A DNA stretch of 64,000 bases, taken from Polyangiales bacterium (GTDB lineage: Bacteria > Myxococcota_A > Polyangia > Polyangiales > Polyangiaceae). The position numbers were made by a program, and so were the translations under genes. This document shows, piece after piece, positions 29,449 to 39,126 of the stretch (within the stretch, counting starts at the first letter, position 1; each line of letters starts with the position of its first letter). The stretch is taken from the NCBI GenBank assembly GCA_038230375.1, contig JBBRNJ010000034.1, positions 22,174 through 86,173 on the forward strand. Direction: 5' to 3'. The notes under the pieces were generated by a model. It made no database searches and was not told the DNA's origin. It was given only the letters and a program-made list of their open reading frames with translations.

Positions 29449-31758
29449 GTGAAGCGCACGTTCATCTCAACAGCCGGTCTGTCCTTCGTTCTCCTCGCGT
29501 CCTGCGGCGACCCTCCGCAGCCAGCAACGCCTCCGCCGCCCACACCGTCTGCGACGCCCGTCGTGACCGCGTCGCCGCCGCCGCCAGAGCCACCCACGCC
29601 GCCACCGTATGCGCCGCTGCCCGTGCGCTTCGAGAATCCCGGCGGCATGTGGATGCCGCATCAGATGACCGCGCATGCAGACAAGCTGAAGGAGCTGGGG
29701 CTCGCGATCGATCCGAAGGAGCTCACCGATCCCGCGTCGGGGTTGCTCTCGGCGATCGTGTCGCTCGGCGGATGCTCCGCGTCGTTCGTGTCGCCGGAGG
29801 GCCTGGTGATCACGAACCATCACTGCGCGGTCGGCGCGCTCCAGTACAACTCCACGCCGCAGGCGAACTACCTGGAGACTGGCTTCCTTGCGAAGACGCG
29901 CGCGGACGAGCGCTCCAATGGGCCCACTTTCCGTGTCTTCGTCACGCAGAAGGTGACGGATGTCACGCCCAAGATATTCGATCACAACTTGCCGGCCCGG
30001 ATCACGGATCAGGCCAGATTCAAGATGATCGAGAAGAACCAGAAGGAGACCGTGGAGGCCTGCGAGAAGGGTCGCAAGGGGATCCGCTGCACCGTGTCTT
30101 CGTTCTACGAGGGCGCGGCCTTCTACCTCATCGAGCAGCTGGAGATCCGCGACGTGCGTCTTGTCTACGCGCCTGCAGAGGGGGTGGGGAACTACGGCGG
30201 TGAGATCGACAACTGGCGCTGGCCGCGACACGCCGGCGACGTCTCCATCTTCCGTGCGTACGTCGCGCCGGATGGCACGCCCGCCGACTACGCGAAGGAG
30301 AACGTGCCGTACAAGCCGGCGCACGTGCTCAAGCTCGCGGAGAAGCCGCTGCGCGAGGGCGATATGGTGATGGTCGCGGGCTACCCGGGGCGCACCTACT
30401 CGCAGCGGACGCGCGCGCAGGTGGAGGACGCTGTGAGCTTCTCGTACCCGCGCCAGCAGAAGCTGTGCGAGGACGCGCTGGCGACGCTCGAGAAGGTCGG
30501 CGGCACCAAGGACGACCAGCTCCGCGCGAAGCCGCTGGTGCGGCGCTTTGGCAATGCGCTGACCAACGTGAAGGGCCAGCTGGACGGCCTCACGAAGGAC
30601 GGCGTGCTGGCCATGAAGGTGGATCGGGAGGCGCGTCTCCAGACGTGGATCGACGCAGACCCCGCGCGCAAGGCGAAGTGGGGTGGCGTGCTCGCAGAGA
30701 TCGCGAAGTCCTACGAGGCGCAGAAGGCGCACCGCGAGGCCACGCTGGAGCTGCGCGCGGAGGTCATGTTCCCGAAGCTCGTGAGCTCCGCGTACACGAT
30801 CGTGCGCATGGCGGAGGAGCGCGCCAAGGCCGACAAGGACCGCCACCCCGACTACCAGGAGCGCAACTGGCAGCGGCATGTGCAATCGCAGGAGGCCATG
30901 GAGAACACGTACAGCCGCGCCGTGGACATGGCGATGTTCCAGCTCGCGATCGATCGCTCGCAGAAGGTCGACAAGAAGGACCGCTTCGACGTCGTCGGCG
31001 TCGTCGCGAAGCTGAACCTGGTGAACCCGAACGCGACGCCCTACAAGCCCGCCGTGGAGGTGCTGTTCGAGTCCGAGCTGGAGAAGAAGGACGTTCGCGT
31101 CGCGCTCACGAAGACCGCGACCATGGCGGAGCTCAGGAAGAGCCGTGACCCGATGATCCGGTTCGTGCTCGCGCTGCGCCCGCTCGTCAAGGCGGCGGAT
31201 GAGCGCGACGAGGCGTTCGACGGGCGCATGGCGCTCCTGAAGCCCGCCTACTTCGATGCGCTGCGCGTGTTCGAGCAGAAGGAGATCGCGCCTGACGCAA
31301 ACGGCACGCTGCGCATCACGTACGGCACCGTGCGGGGCTACTCCACGAAGGACGGCGAGCCCGCGAACCGCCCGTTCACGATGCTGTCGGAGGTGGTGAA
31401 GAAGAACACGAACGCATTCCCGTTCGCAGCGCCGAAGGCCCTCACGGACGCGTTCGCTGCGAAGAAATTCGGCCCGTACGCGGACGAGACGCTGAACGGC
31501 GAGGTGCCAGTGGACTTCCTGTCCGACCTGCACATCACGGGCGGCAACTCCGGCTCCGCAGTGCTCAACGCCAAGGGCGAGATCACCGGCCTCGCGTTCG
31601 ACAGCACGTACGAGACCTTGGGCTCCGACTGGCTGTGGAAACCCAAGGTGGGCCGCTGCATCGGCGTGGACATCCGCTATGTGGAATGGCTGCTCGACGC
31701 TGTCGACGGCGGTGACCACGTCCTCACCGAGATGGGTCGAACGCCCACCGTTCAGTGA
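29449..31758 (+). CDS. Dipeptidyl peptidase, S46 family (DPP7/DAP BII-like), lipoprotein
   Basis: Lipobox LASC. GGMW, GCSASFVS..GLVITNHHC, NWRWPRHAGD, PDANGTLR, ITGGNSGS. Confidence 0.93.
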   Translation: MKRTFISTAGLSFVLLASCGDPPQPATPPPPTPSATPVVTASPPPPEPPTPPPYAPLPVRFENPGGMWMPHQMTAHADKLKELGLAIDPKELTDPASGLLSAIVSLGGCSASFVSPEGLVITNHHCAVGALQYNSTPQANYLETGFLAKTRADERSNGPTFRVFVTQKVTDVTPKIFDHNLPARITDQARFKMIEKNQKETVEACEKGRKGIRCTVSSFYEGAAFYLIEQLEIRDVRLVYAPAEGVGNYGGEIDNWRWPRHAGDVSIFRAYVAPDGTPADYAKENVPYKPAHVLKLAEKPLREGDMVMVAGYPGRTYSQRTRAQVEDAVSFSYPRQQKLCEDALATLEKVGGTKDDQLRAKPLVRRFGNALTNVKGQLDGLTKDGVLAMKVDREARLQTWIDADPARKAKWGGVLAEIAKSYEAQKAHREATLELRAEVMFPKLVSSAYTIVRMAEERAKADKDRHPDYQERNWQRHVQSQEAMENTYSRAVDMAMFQLAIDRSQKVDKKDRFDVVGVVAKLNLVNPNATPYKPAVEVLFESELEKKDVRVALTKTATMAELRKSRDPMIRFVLALRPLVKAADERDEAFDGRMALLKPAYFDALRVFEQKEIAPDANGTLRITYGTVRGYSTKDGEPANRPFTMLSEVVKKNTNAFPFAAPKALTDAFAAKKFGPYADETLNGEVPVDFLSDLHITGGNSGSAVLNAKGEITGLAFDSTYETLGSDWLWKPKVGRCIGVDIRYVEWLLDAVDGGDHVLTEMGRTPTVQ

Positions 31759-31777
31759 CGACCACGCCGTACGGCTC

Positions 31778-33262
31778 CTAGTCGCCGTACTTCACGAGCT
31801 GTCCGCTCACGAAGGCGCAGCCGCGTCCGGCATCCTTCGCGCGATACAGCTCCGCGTCCGCCGCAACGAAGAGCGCCTGCTCACCATCTGACGGTGACGA
31901 GGCGCCCAAGGTCGCTCCGCCGATGCTGAGCGAGATGCCCGCGTCGCGCGCGAGCGCTCCGATGCGTCTGCTGGCGGCCGTGAGGTGCTCTCCCGTCGCG
32001 TCGGGCAAGAGGACCACGAACTCGTCACCGCCGTAGCGCGCCACCACGTCGTGTCCGCGGAACGTCTTCTGGAGGAGCGCGCCCAGCGTGCGCAGTGTCG
32101 CGTCGCCTTCTGCGTGGCCCTTCTTGTCGTTGACTGCCTTGAAGAGATCGATGTCGAGGATCATGAGCGAGAGGCTCGCGCCCGATCGCTGACAGCGTGA
32201 TTTTTCCTGCGCAAAACGCGTCTCGAGCTCGCGACGGTTGAAGACGCCCGTGAGCGCGTCGTGTCGGGCAAGCGTGTCTACCTCTTGCAGCAGCGACAGG
32301 TTGTCCCACACGAGCGACGTCTGCTCGATGTAGAACGCGGCGCGCCGCACCAGCTCGTCGTCGATGGGCGTACCGCTGTAGAGGTTGTCGGCGAAGAGCA
32401 TTCCCTTGACCTCACCGTGTGACGCAATGGAGGTGAGAATGAACTCGGGCGCAGGGGTGAGGCGGGCGAGCGAGCGATTCTTCGGCGCGGCCTCTGTCCG
32501 GAAGAGCAGCTGACTTCCCGCGAGCACGAGCTCGTCATCTTCCGCGCCGGTCGCGCGTAGCTCCACCGACTCCACGAAGTTTTGGAAGCGGGTGTCCGTG
32601 CGGTGCGCGGAGTAGTCCTCGATGTGGTGCTCGATGGTCAGGTCGTCGTGCTCGATCTCCTCCCAGATGCGGTGCGCCTCCGCCGCATCCGCCGGGCCGA
32701 TGGCGCTCTTGCCCACGAACACCGCACGCGAAGGATCCAGCAGAAAAAGCGCCGCGCGGTTCAGTCCAAGCCCCGAGCCAGAGGTGATGCCGGAGAGCAT
32801 GACGTAGAGCGCGCGATCGATGTCTGGGGCGCGCAACATGTGACGCGTCACCTGGTGGGTCGTGGCCAGGCTTGACGATTGCGACGCGAAGCTCTCCAGG
32901 AGCCGCGTGACGTCGCTGCCTTCGAACAGCGCGCCGAGGATCGCGTGGATGACGACGCGCAGCTCCTGCGACAGCTCGGCGAAGCCCAGCGTGCATCGAC
33001 GCTCACCCAGCGCGACGGTCAGGGAGAGCGCACCATCGCCCGCGGTGACCTCACGCAACGCGACCTTCTCGCCCATGAGACCAATCTTCACGAGCTGACG
33101 TGCGGCCAGCGGGATCCGCTCCGCGTCGTCAGGGAGATGCGCGTCCAGTCGCAGACGCTGCGGAAGGTGAGCGAACATCGCGCGCACGTGAGGCGCCACC
33201 GGTGCCGTCTTCACGGCACGGACGATCGCGGCGGGAACCCCGTCCAGCGAGCTGCGCTCCAT
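31778..33262 (-). CDS. GAF-like sensor diguanylate cyclase
   Basis: DALTGVFNRR, DIDLFKAVND, I-site RGHD and an intact GGDEF motif. Confidence 0.9.
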   Translation of the reverse strand: MERSSLDGVPAAIVRAVKTAPVAPHVRAMFAHLPQRLRLDAHLPDDAERIPLAARQLVKIGLMGEKVALREVTAGDGALSLTVALGERRCTLGFAELSQELRVVIHAILGALFEGSDVTRLLESFASQSSSLATTHQVTRHMLRAPDIDRALYVMLSGITSGSGLGLNRAALFLLDPSRAVFVGKSAIGPADAAEAHRIWEEIEHDDLTIEHHIEDYSAHRTDTRFQNFVESVELRATGAEDDELVLAGSQLLFRTEAAPKNRSLARLTPAPEFILTSIASHGEVKGMLFADNLYSGTPIDDELVRRAAFYIEQTSLVWDNLSLLQEVDTLARHDALTGVFNRRELETRFAQEKSRCQRSGASLSLMILDIDLFKAVNDKKGHAEGDATLRTLGALLQKTFRGHDVVARYGGDEFVVLLPDATGEHLTAASRRIGALARDAGISLSIGGATLGASSPSDGEQALFVAADAELYRAKDAGRGCAFVSGQLVKYGD

Positions 33263-33283
33263 GGACCAAGGCTAACCTGGGAG

Positions 33284-33847
33284 CTACCTTCGCGCTTGCT
33301 CGAACGCGGCCAGCGCGGCCTGGTCCAGCGCACCGCCAGTGAAGACCACGTGACCCTCGCGATCGAGCACCATCGTGAACGGCACGTTGCGCTGCCCCAG
33401 TGCATCCGCGAGCTTGAAATCCGCGTCCACGAGGTTCGGGTATGCGAGCGCCTTGTCCGTCACGATGCCGCGCGCCTTCTCCGTGGAGTCACCGACCGCG
33501 ATCCCGATCACGATGCCGTCGCTCTTCGCGGACGCCGACAGCTTGTTCAGCGCAGGCACTTCATCCATGCAGGCTTCGCACCATGACGCCCAGAACGAGA
33601 GGAGCGCGGGTCTCCCGCCGAGCTCCGTCTGAAGACGCGCAGGCAGACCGGCGAGCGTCTTCAACTCGACATCGGGCAGCGGCTTGCCCATCAGCGCTTG
33701 CACATTGCCGGGGTTGCCCGTGTTGCCAGCGTTGCCAGCATTGCCCGCGCCTCGCGACGTGCCCGCGCCCGCGGGATCGCACGCACCTGCAGCCGTGAGG
33801 GCCAGCGCGAGCGCGGCGAAGGTCAGAAGCGAAAGCCGGTGCGCCAC
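33284..33847 (-). CDS. TlpA-like thiol:disulfide oxidoreductase lipoprotein
   Basis: FWASWCEAC, cis-Pro VPFT, lipobox AGAC, (GNA/GNT/GNP) repeat linker. Start at GTG 33847 inferred. Confidence 0.85.
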   Translation of the reverse strand: MAHRLSLLTFAALALALTAAGACDPAGAGTSRGAGNAGNAGNTGNPGNVQALMGKPLPDVELKTLAGLPARLQTELGGRPALLSFWASWCEACMDEVPALNKLSASAKSDGIVIGIAVGDSTEKARGIVTDKALAYPNLVDADFKLADALGQRNVPFTMVLDREGHVVFTGGALDQAALAAFEQARR

Positions 33848-35001
33848 GTGAACACGTTTACATCCAGATCGTTCGTTCGGAAATAGCGCTCGTATGCGGC
33901 CTGCATCTCCAGCCCCTTGATCCGCCTTTGCGGCACGGTGAACGTGCCCGAGAGACCGACCGAGTGCGCGTCGAACGATTGCAGGTCGCTGTCGGCCGTG
34001 CGGAAGTTCCCATCGTCGAAGGCGACGGTGTGGAAGAAGTCCACGCCGCGCTGGGTGTGGAACCGGTAGCTGACGCGCGCGTAGAACAGGGACGAGAAGC
34101 GCTGGTACAGCTGCCCTTCCAGCGTGTGCGCGACGATGCCCCAGTCGTCCGCGTACAGGCGATAGAAGCCCTTCAGCGCGCCGTTCCACGGCAGCCATTG
34201 CGCAACACGTGCGACGAAGGCGTGGCGCAAGCGGTGCTGCGGCAGCACCTCACCGCCGTAGTTGTTGCTGACGAGCGGCACCGCGTTCCAGGTGTTGCCC
34301 AGCTCACCGTTCTGCTCGGTGAGACCGTAGTTCAGGTAGCCCACGGTGGTCGGCGAGAGGATCTGCGTGAGCGAGACGAAGCCCGACGTGGTGCCGCGCT
34401 GCGTGCGCGCGTGGCGGAGGCCGCGATAGTCGAAGCGATCGAACCAGTCGTAGATCTGGTTCGCGCCGGCGGCGATCGTGGTGTTGTCCTCTGCAAAGCT
34501 GCGCGTTCCGGCGAGACCCATGTTCCACGAGCGGAAGTCCTCTTCGAGGTGGATGCCGCCGCGGAACGTGCCGGTCGTTCGCTTGCTGACGTCGTAGGTG
34601 ACCGACGTGTCGATCGAGCCGGCCTCGTTCTGGCGCGACGCCTGACTGATGGTGTCCGTGCGCGTCTTGTCGATCGCGTTGGGTGACGCCGCAGTGACCA
34701 TGTCGAAGGGGGCCAGGATGCGGATGGTGAGCTTCTGGCCCTTCTTCAGGACGAAGTAGCCGATGGGCTCCCAGACGGTGAGCGCCTGCGAGCCGGGCCC
34801 GCCGGGAGGCCCCGCTTGCGACTGGTAGCCGTTGCCGCGCTGCGAGTAGCCAGTGAGGGCAAGGTCGAACGAGTCGAGATGGAGCTTGTCGCGGTTCGGG
34901 TCGAAGATGGACTCGTCCGCGCGCGCGCCCGCCACCGGCAGGAGTACGAGCAAGGCCGCGGCGAGCGCGACCAGAGCGGAGACGAACCGCGAGGGGCTCA
35001 C
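33823..35001 (-). CDS. DUF3570 family protein (predicted outer-membrane beta-barrel)
   Basis: Signal peptide ending ARA. D.VTAAS, SLTQILSPT, YRLYADDWGIVAHT, TADSDL, terminal Phe. GTGA overlap with the DUF4266 gene. Confidence 0.8.
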   Translation of the reverse strand: MSPSRFVSALVALAAALLVLLPVAGARADESIFDPNRDKLHLDSFDLALTGYSQRGNGYQSQAGPPGGPGSQALTVWEPIGYFVLKKGQKLTIRILAPFDMVTAASPNAIDKTRTDTISQASRQNEAGSIDTSVTYDVSKRTTGTFRGGIHLEEDFRSWNMGLAGTRSFAEDNTTIAAGANQIYDWFDRFDYRGLRHARTQRGTTSGFVSLTQILSPTTVGYLNYGLTEQNGELGNTWNAVPLVSNNYGGEVLPQHRLRHAFVARVAQWLPWNGALKGFYRLYADDWGIVAHTLEGQLYQRFSSLFYARVSYRFHTQRGVDFFHTVAFDDGNFRTADSDLQSFDAHSVGLSGTFTVPQRRIKGLEMQAAYERYFRTNDLDVNVFTWRTGFRF

Positions 35002-35249
35002 TGGCAGCCGCAACCACCGCCCGATGCCGCGCCGTCGCCACCGGCGGCGCCTTCGCGTGTATTATACAGCTTCTGCTTGCGGTAGGTCTCGATGGGGTCA
35101 TCCCCGACCGACATCATGGGGTCCGCCAGATGCACGCGCCGGTTCTGCGGCACGGCGGTGCAGCCAGCCAGGAGGAGCACGCTCACGGCGAGGGTCAGGG
35201 TCAACGGCGAAGAGCAAGGTGAAGGCGTGGGTCTGTTGGTTGCGCTCAC
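34998..35249 (-). CDS. DUF4266 family lipoprotein
   Basis: Lipobox LAGC, LADPMM, REGAAGG....GGGCGC C-terminus. Confidence 0.85.
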   Translation of the reverse strand: MSATNRPTPSPCSSPLTLTLAVSVLLLAGCTAVPQNRRVHLADPMMSVGDDPIETYRKQKLYNTREGAAGGDGAASGGGCGCQ

Positions 35250-35833
35250 AGCGCACCTCCTACGGAGAGCCCATAGTTTCCGGGGCTCAAGATGGGCGCG
35301 ATGCGCAGGCTGCCCTGCGTTCGAGGTAGCTCACGCGACGGCTCGCGCGACGGATGAAAGAGCGTGTCCACAACGCCGACTCCGCCGCCAAGGACGCTCG
35401 CGACAATCATGAAGTAATAGGAGCGCTGCGTCTCCAGGGACGCGTGCGATACCGCGTCGGGGTTCATCGCGAGCAGCAACGCCATGCTGCTGGAGCCGAT
35501 CACCGGCGCGATGGAGAAGAGGAGCCCGCGCTTGTACTCGCCCACCATCGCGTGCGAGACGAATGGCGCGATCGCAAGCCCGGTCTGCAGCGTGTAGACG
35601 CCCGCGTTCTGCGTGCTCTGCTCGTGCGAGGACGTGGTCACGGCCGTACCAATGCCGAACGGCACAGCCGAGAGCAGCGAGCCCACGGCGAACGCGCGAA
35701 ACGCAGCGTCCTCTGCTTCTTCGCGGCGCTCCGTGTCGGGCTTCGGAAATGGCTCGTCGGCGCGTGCCTCCGCGCTCACCGTGAGGGCAAGCGCGGTGGC
35801 GACGGCCAGCGGGAGTGACGCTCCCCGTTTCAC
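35246..35833 (-). CDS. Hypothetical exported/membrane protein
   Basis: Signal ending ARA, several hydrophobic segments, 4-nt overlaps with both neighbours. Confidence 0.7.
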   Translation of the reverse strand: MKRGASLPLAVATALALTVSAEARADEPFPKPDTERREEAEDAAFRAFAVGSLLSAVPFGIGTAVTTSSHEQSTQNAGVYTLQTGLAIAPFVSHAMVGEYKRGLLFSIAPVIGSSSMALLLAMNPDAVSHASLETQRSYYFMIVASVLGGGVGVVDTLFHPSREPSRELPRTQGSLRIAPILSPGNYGLSVGGAL

Positions 35834-36336
35834 CCCTGGACCGGGACCGAGCCGATGTAGTCCATCTTGCCCACGTCCACGCCGTTGGAGCGGAGGATCG
35901 CGTAGGCGGTGGTGGCGTGGAAGTAGAAGTTCGGGATCGCCATCTGGAGAAGGTATGCGTCGCCCTTCACCCACTTGCCCTGGAGCCACGGCGGCGCGAC
36001 CTTGCGATCATCGGCGCCCGCGAACGACGCCTCCGTCAGCGTCTCGAGGTAGGCGAGGCACGACTTGATGCGCGCGCGACACTCGGCGATCGTCTTCTCC
36101 GTGTCCGGGTGCTTCGGCGCCTCGGTGCCGCTCAGGTAGGCGGCGGTGAACTTCGCCGAATCACATGTAGACTGCACCTGTTTCACGAAGGGGTACATGT
36201 CAGGGGCGAGGCGCTCACCAGTGAGGAGGTCGACCTCGAACTTCTTGGCGGTCGCGTGGGCCTCTGCCTTGACGATCCAGTTGTCTAGGTTGCGGAGCAT
36301 CTTGCCGAACTGGGTGATCGCTTCGAAGGTCTTCAT
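35830..36336 (-). CDS. DUF1993 family protein (DinB-like superfamily)
   Basis: RLAPDMYPF..QVQ..CD, PNFYFHATTAYAILR..GV..GK.DY. Confidence 0.9.
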   Translation of the reverse strand: MKTFEAITQFGKMLRNLDNWIVKAEAHATAKKFEVDLLTGERLAPDMYPFVKQVQSTCDSAKFTAAYLSGTEAPKHPDTEKTIAECRARIKSCLAYLETLTEASFAGADDRKVAPPWLQGKWVKGDAYLLQMAIPNFYFHATTAYAILRSNGVDVGKMDYIGSVPVQG

Positions 36337-36421
36337 GGGACTCCTTGGGTTGGGGCGCGCACGTTAGCGCAAGGGTTGTTTTCCGCCAGATCGTTTGAAT
36401 CTCTTGTGTAGGCTAGGCGCC

Positions 36422-37219
36422 ATGGTTCATTTGCGACGACGTCGTGCGTGGTGGGTCCCGACGGTCGCGCTCGTGCTGGGGTGCGGCAACTCCAACACGA
36501 CCACCACACCTCAGGGGCCCGCGGAGGACGCGGCTCCCCCTCCGATCACCACCGCAGCCGTGGATGCGGGTGTCGTCGTTGCTGCGGCGCCCATCGACGC
36601 GGGCGCTGCAATTGTGCCCACGACTGACCCAGGCGAGGCAGACGACTCCATGTGTGGCGGGGCGGACGTGGACCTGGTTGCGGTGCTTGCGAACCGGCGA
36701 TGCCGCACGCGCTCCGATGCTCCTGCGAGCCCCGATGGCTGGGCGCAGATGTTGAAGCTCAAGCTCACCGCCGCGCCCGAGAAAATAGCGCCCTCCGGGC
36801 ACGTGGAGCTCACGCTCGAGGTAACGAACACCGGCAAGGTCGGGGTCCCGCTGTACTTCGCTGGGGACCTCACGCTTGCGGCGCTCGTCACGGATGCGAA
36901 GGGCGGGCGCGTGACGCCGCCCACCGGGAACGCGCCGAAGAACCCCGAGCCGCGGTGCCTGAACGAGCAGTCCTGCAGGAACCCAACATCGCATGTGGTG
37001 CTCGCGCCGGGCGGCAAGGCACACGCGAAGATCACGTGGGACGCTGTGAAGGCAGCCTGGCCCAAGACCGGACCCACGGCCTGCTGCGCCATCCATGTGG
37101 AGCCGGTCTCGGCGGGACCCTTGGCGGTAGGCACCTACAAGGTGAAGCTGCCTCTGCCGTACGAGTCGGCGCAAGGAGCCCCCGCGGACCCAGAAATCAC
37201 CGTGCGGGTCGCCAAGTGA
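36422..37219 (+). CDS. Hypothetical Cys-containing lipoprotein with Ig-like C-terminal region
   Basis: Lipobox VLGC, low-complexity linker, beta-rich domain. Confidence 0.7.
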   Translation: MVHLRRRRAWWVPTVALVLGCGNSNTTTTPQGPAEDAAPPPITTAAVDAGVVVAAAPIDAGAAIVPTTDPGEADDSMCGGADVDLVAVLANRRCRTRSDAPASPDGWAQMLKLKLTAAPEKIAPSGHVELTLEVTNTGKVGVPLYFAGDLTLAALVTDAKGGRVTPPTGNAPKNPEPRCLNEQSCRNPTSHVVLAPGGKAHAKITWDAVKAAWPKTGPTACCAIHVEPVSAGPLAVGTYKVKLPLPYESAQGAPADPEITVRVAK

Positions 37220-37284
37220 CTAAACGCGCGAGGCTGCCGTCCAACGTGGAGGCGAGTACCATCTTTCTTCTGGAGCCACGCGCG

Positions 37285-39126
37285 ATGAACACGATCCTTC
37301 GATCCGTCACTCTCTGCTCTCTCGTTGCCGCAGCTGCATGTGGTGGACAGGAGCAGGCCGCGCCGGCAGGTGCGCCAGTCCAGCCAGGCGTCGCGCGCCC
37401 GCCGCCCCAGGCCCCGCCGCAGTACCCGCAGTACCAGGCTGCACCGCCGCCCGCCGCGTTCAACCATCCGGGGTTCGTCTACTACAACGGGCCGCAGCCG
37501 CAGGCTCCCGCGCCCATCACGATGCCGGCCGCGCAGGGGCGCGTGGATGTGCAGAACGTCAACTACCTGCGGCAAGCATCCGTACAGCAGCGTCGCTGCA
37601 ACCTCCCGCACGAGGTCGCGGACGGCGTGTTCGTGCATGTGGACTGCTACCCGTACCGTCGCATCCCGATCGCCGTGAAGCACGCCACGCCCGCGAAGCT
37701 GGCGATGATGCAGCGCGGTCACGTGCGCTGGAACCCCGCCGCGCGCATGCCCCAGGCAAGCAAGAGCACGCAAGGGCCGCGCTTCATCCCTGGCGGTGGC
37801 CCCAGCAACACCACCGTTCGCGGCGGAGCACCTGCGGGCGCGATGACGGTCGGCGCAGAGGGCTCCGATCTCGGCGGCGGCGCCGTGCGCGCGTCCGATG
37901 CGCCCCAAGCTTTTCCCGACGCAGTGGATCATCGACTGAGTGGCACGGAAGGTCCGATCAAGGATCAAGGCGACGTCGGCAACTGCACTGCGTTCGCGCT
38001 GTCGGCGGTGCTGGACAACTCGCTCCGTCGCGCCGGTCAGAACGTCACCACGTCACCCGAGCACGTGTGGGCGCACTACGGCGTACCCACCATGGAGGAC
38101 GCCGCGACCGGCAACGTGAACCGTGGCATCACCACGTTCGAGGCCTGGCCGTACAGCGGGCGCGAGGCGTGCGAGCTCTCGAAGGACTCCATGGACGATT
38201 GCGGCGCGGCGTACAACGTCATGCCGAACACGGCGACGCGCGACGCGGCCCTGCAGCAGCACTATCAGACGGCCGAGGCGTCGAACGGTCACAAGGTCAT
38301 CTCGTACGAGGAGCTCTCGGTCGCGCCCGTGAACGTGGACGAGATCGTCGCCACGCTGGCGAGCGGCGCGGACCTGTGGGTCGCGTTCCACATCGACTCC
38401 ACGTCGTGGGTGAACCGCAAGATGCAGAACTTCGTCATCCCGGACTGGTCCACGCCAGACGGTGGTCACGCGGTGGCGCTCTCGGGTTATCGCAACACGC
38501 CGCAGGGCAAGCAGTTCCTCATCCACAACAGCTGGGGACCGCGATGGGGCGACGCTGGCTACGCGTGGGTGAGCCAGGCCATGGTGCAGAAATGGTTGCA
38601 TCTTGCATATAAAGTTCGCACGGACGTGGACGGCACTGCGCAGCAGCCCGCGGTCGCACCGACGCCCGGAGTTCCCACTGCGCCGCCCGCGCCGCCCACG
38701 CCTCCCGCAAAGCCGAAGACGGACGAGGATTGCACCGGCGAGCAGGTGATGGACAGCGTGACCAGCACATGTGCCGTCATCTGCACCGATCAGTCGCGGC
38801 CCGCGAACGGTCAGTGTCCAAACGGTCCAGCGCCCGCGCCGACACCAGGCGCGCTCGCGCTGCCAGGCTTCCCGAACGGCTTCCCCGTGGTGCCAGGCTT
38901 CCCCGGCTTCCCGGGATGGCCGCCCGTGCCCGGCGCGCAGCCCGCTCCGAACGCCGCACCAAACGCACCGGCCAACACGCCCGCGCCGAACGCGCCCAAT
39001 GGTCAGCCTGCGGCGCCGCCGGCAGCAGCGCCGTGGCCCATGCCCGCAGGTTGGCCCGCGCCGTGGCCCATGCCCAGCGGTCTGCCGCAGTTCTTCCCGC
39101 CTCCGCCGGCGCCGCAGAAGCAGTGA
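37285..39126 (+). CDS. Papain-like cysteine peptidase (C1A) lipoprotein with Pro-rich termini
   Basis: PIKDQG..GNCTAFA (oxyanion Gln, catalytic Cys), GGHAV (His), HNSWG..WG..GY (Asn). Lipobox AAAC. Confidence 0.9.
   Translation: MNTILRSVTLCSLVAAAACGGQEQAAPAGAPVQPGVARPPPQAPPQYPQYQAAPPPAAFNHPGFVYYNGPQPQAPAPITMPAAQGRVDVQNVNYLRQASVQQRRCNLPHEVADGVFVHVDCYPYRRIPIAVKHATPAKLAMMQRGHVRWNPAARMPQASKSTQGPRFIPGGGPSNTTVRGGAPAGAMTVGAEGSDLGGGAVRASDAPQAFPDAVDHRLSGTEGPIKDQGDVGNCTAFALSAVLDNSLRRAGQNVTTSPEHVWAHYGVPTMEDAATGNVNRGITTFEAWPYSGREACELSKDSMDDCGAAYNVMPNTATRDAALQQHYQTAEASNGHKVISYEELSVAPVNVDEIVATLASGADLWVAFHIDSTSWVNRKMQNFVIPDWSTPDGGHAVALSGYRNTPQGKQFLIHNSWGPRWGDAGYAWVSQAMVQKWLHLAYKVRTDVDGTAQQPAVAPTPGVPTAPPAPPTPPAKPKTDEDCTGEQVMDSVTSTCAVICTDQSRPANGQCPNGPAPAPTPGALALPGFPNGFPVVPGFPGFPGWPPVPGAQPAPNAAPNAPANTPAPNAPNGQPAAPPAAAPWPMPAGWPAPWPMPSGLPQFFPPPPAPQKQ

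Noticed and set aside
29467..31719. Long antisense or alternative-frame ORFs (also 19616-21571, 11573-13513, 22709-24448, 9501-11537)
   Set aside because: They are shadow ORFs typical of high-GC coding DNA, overlapping genes with clear family motifs.
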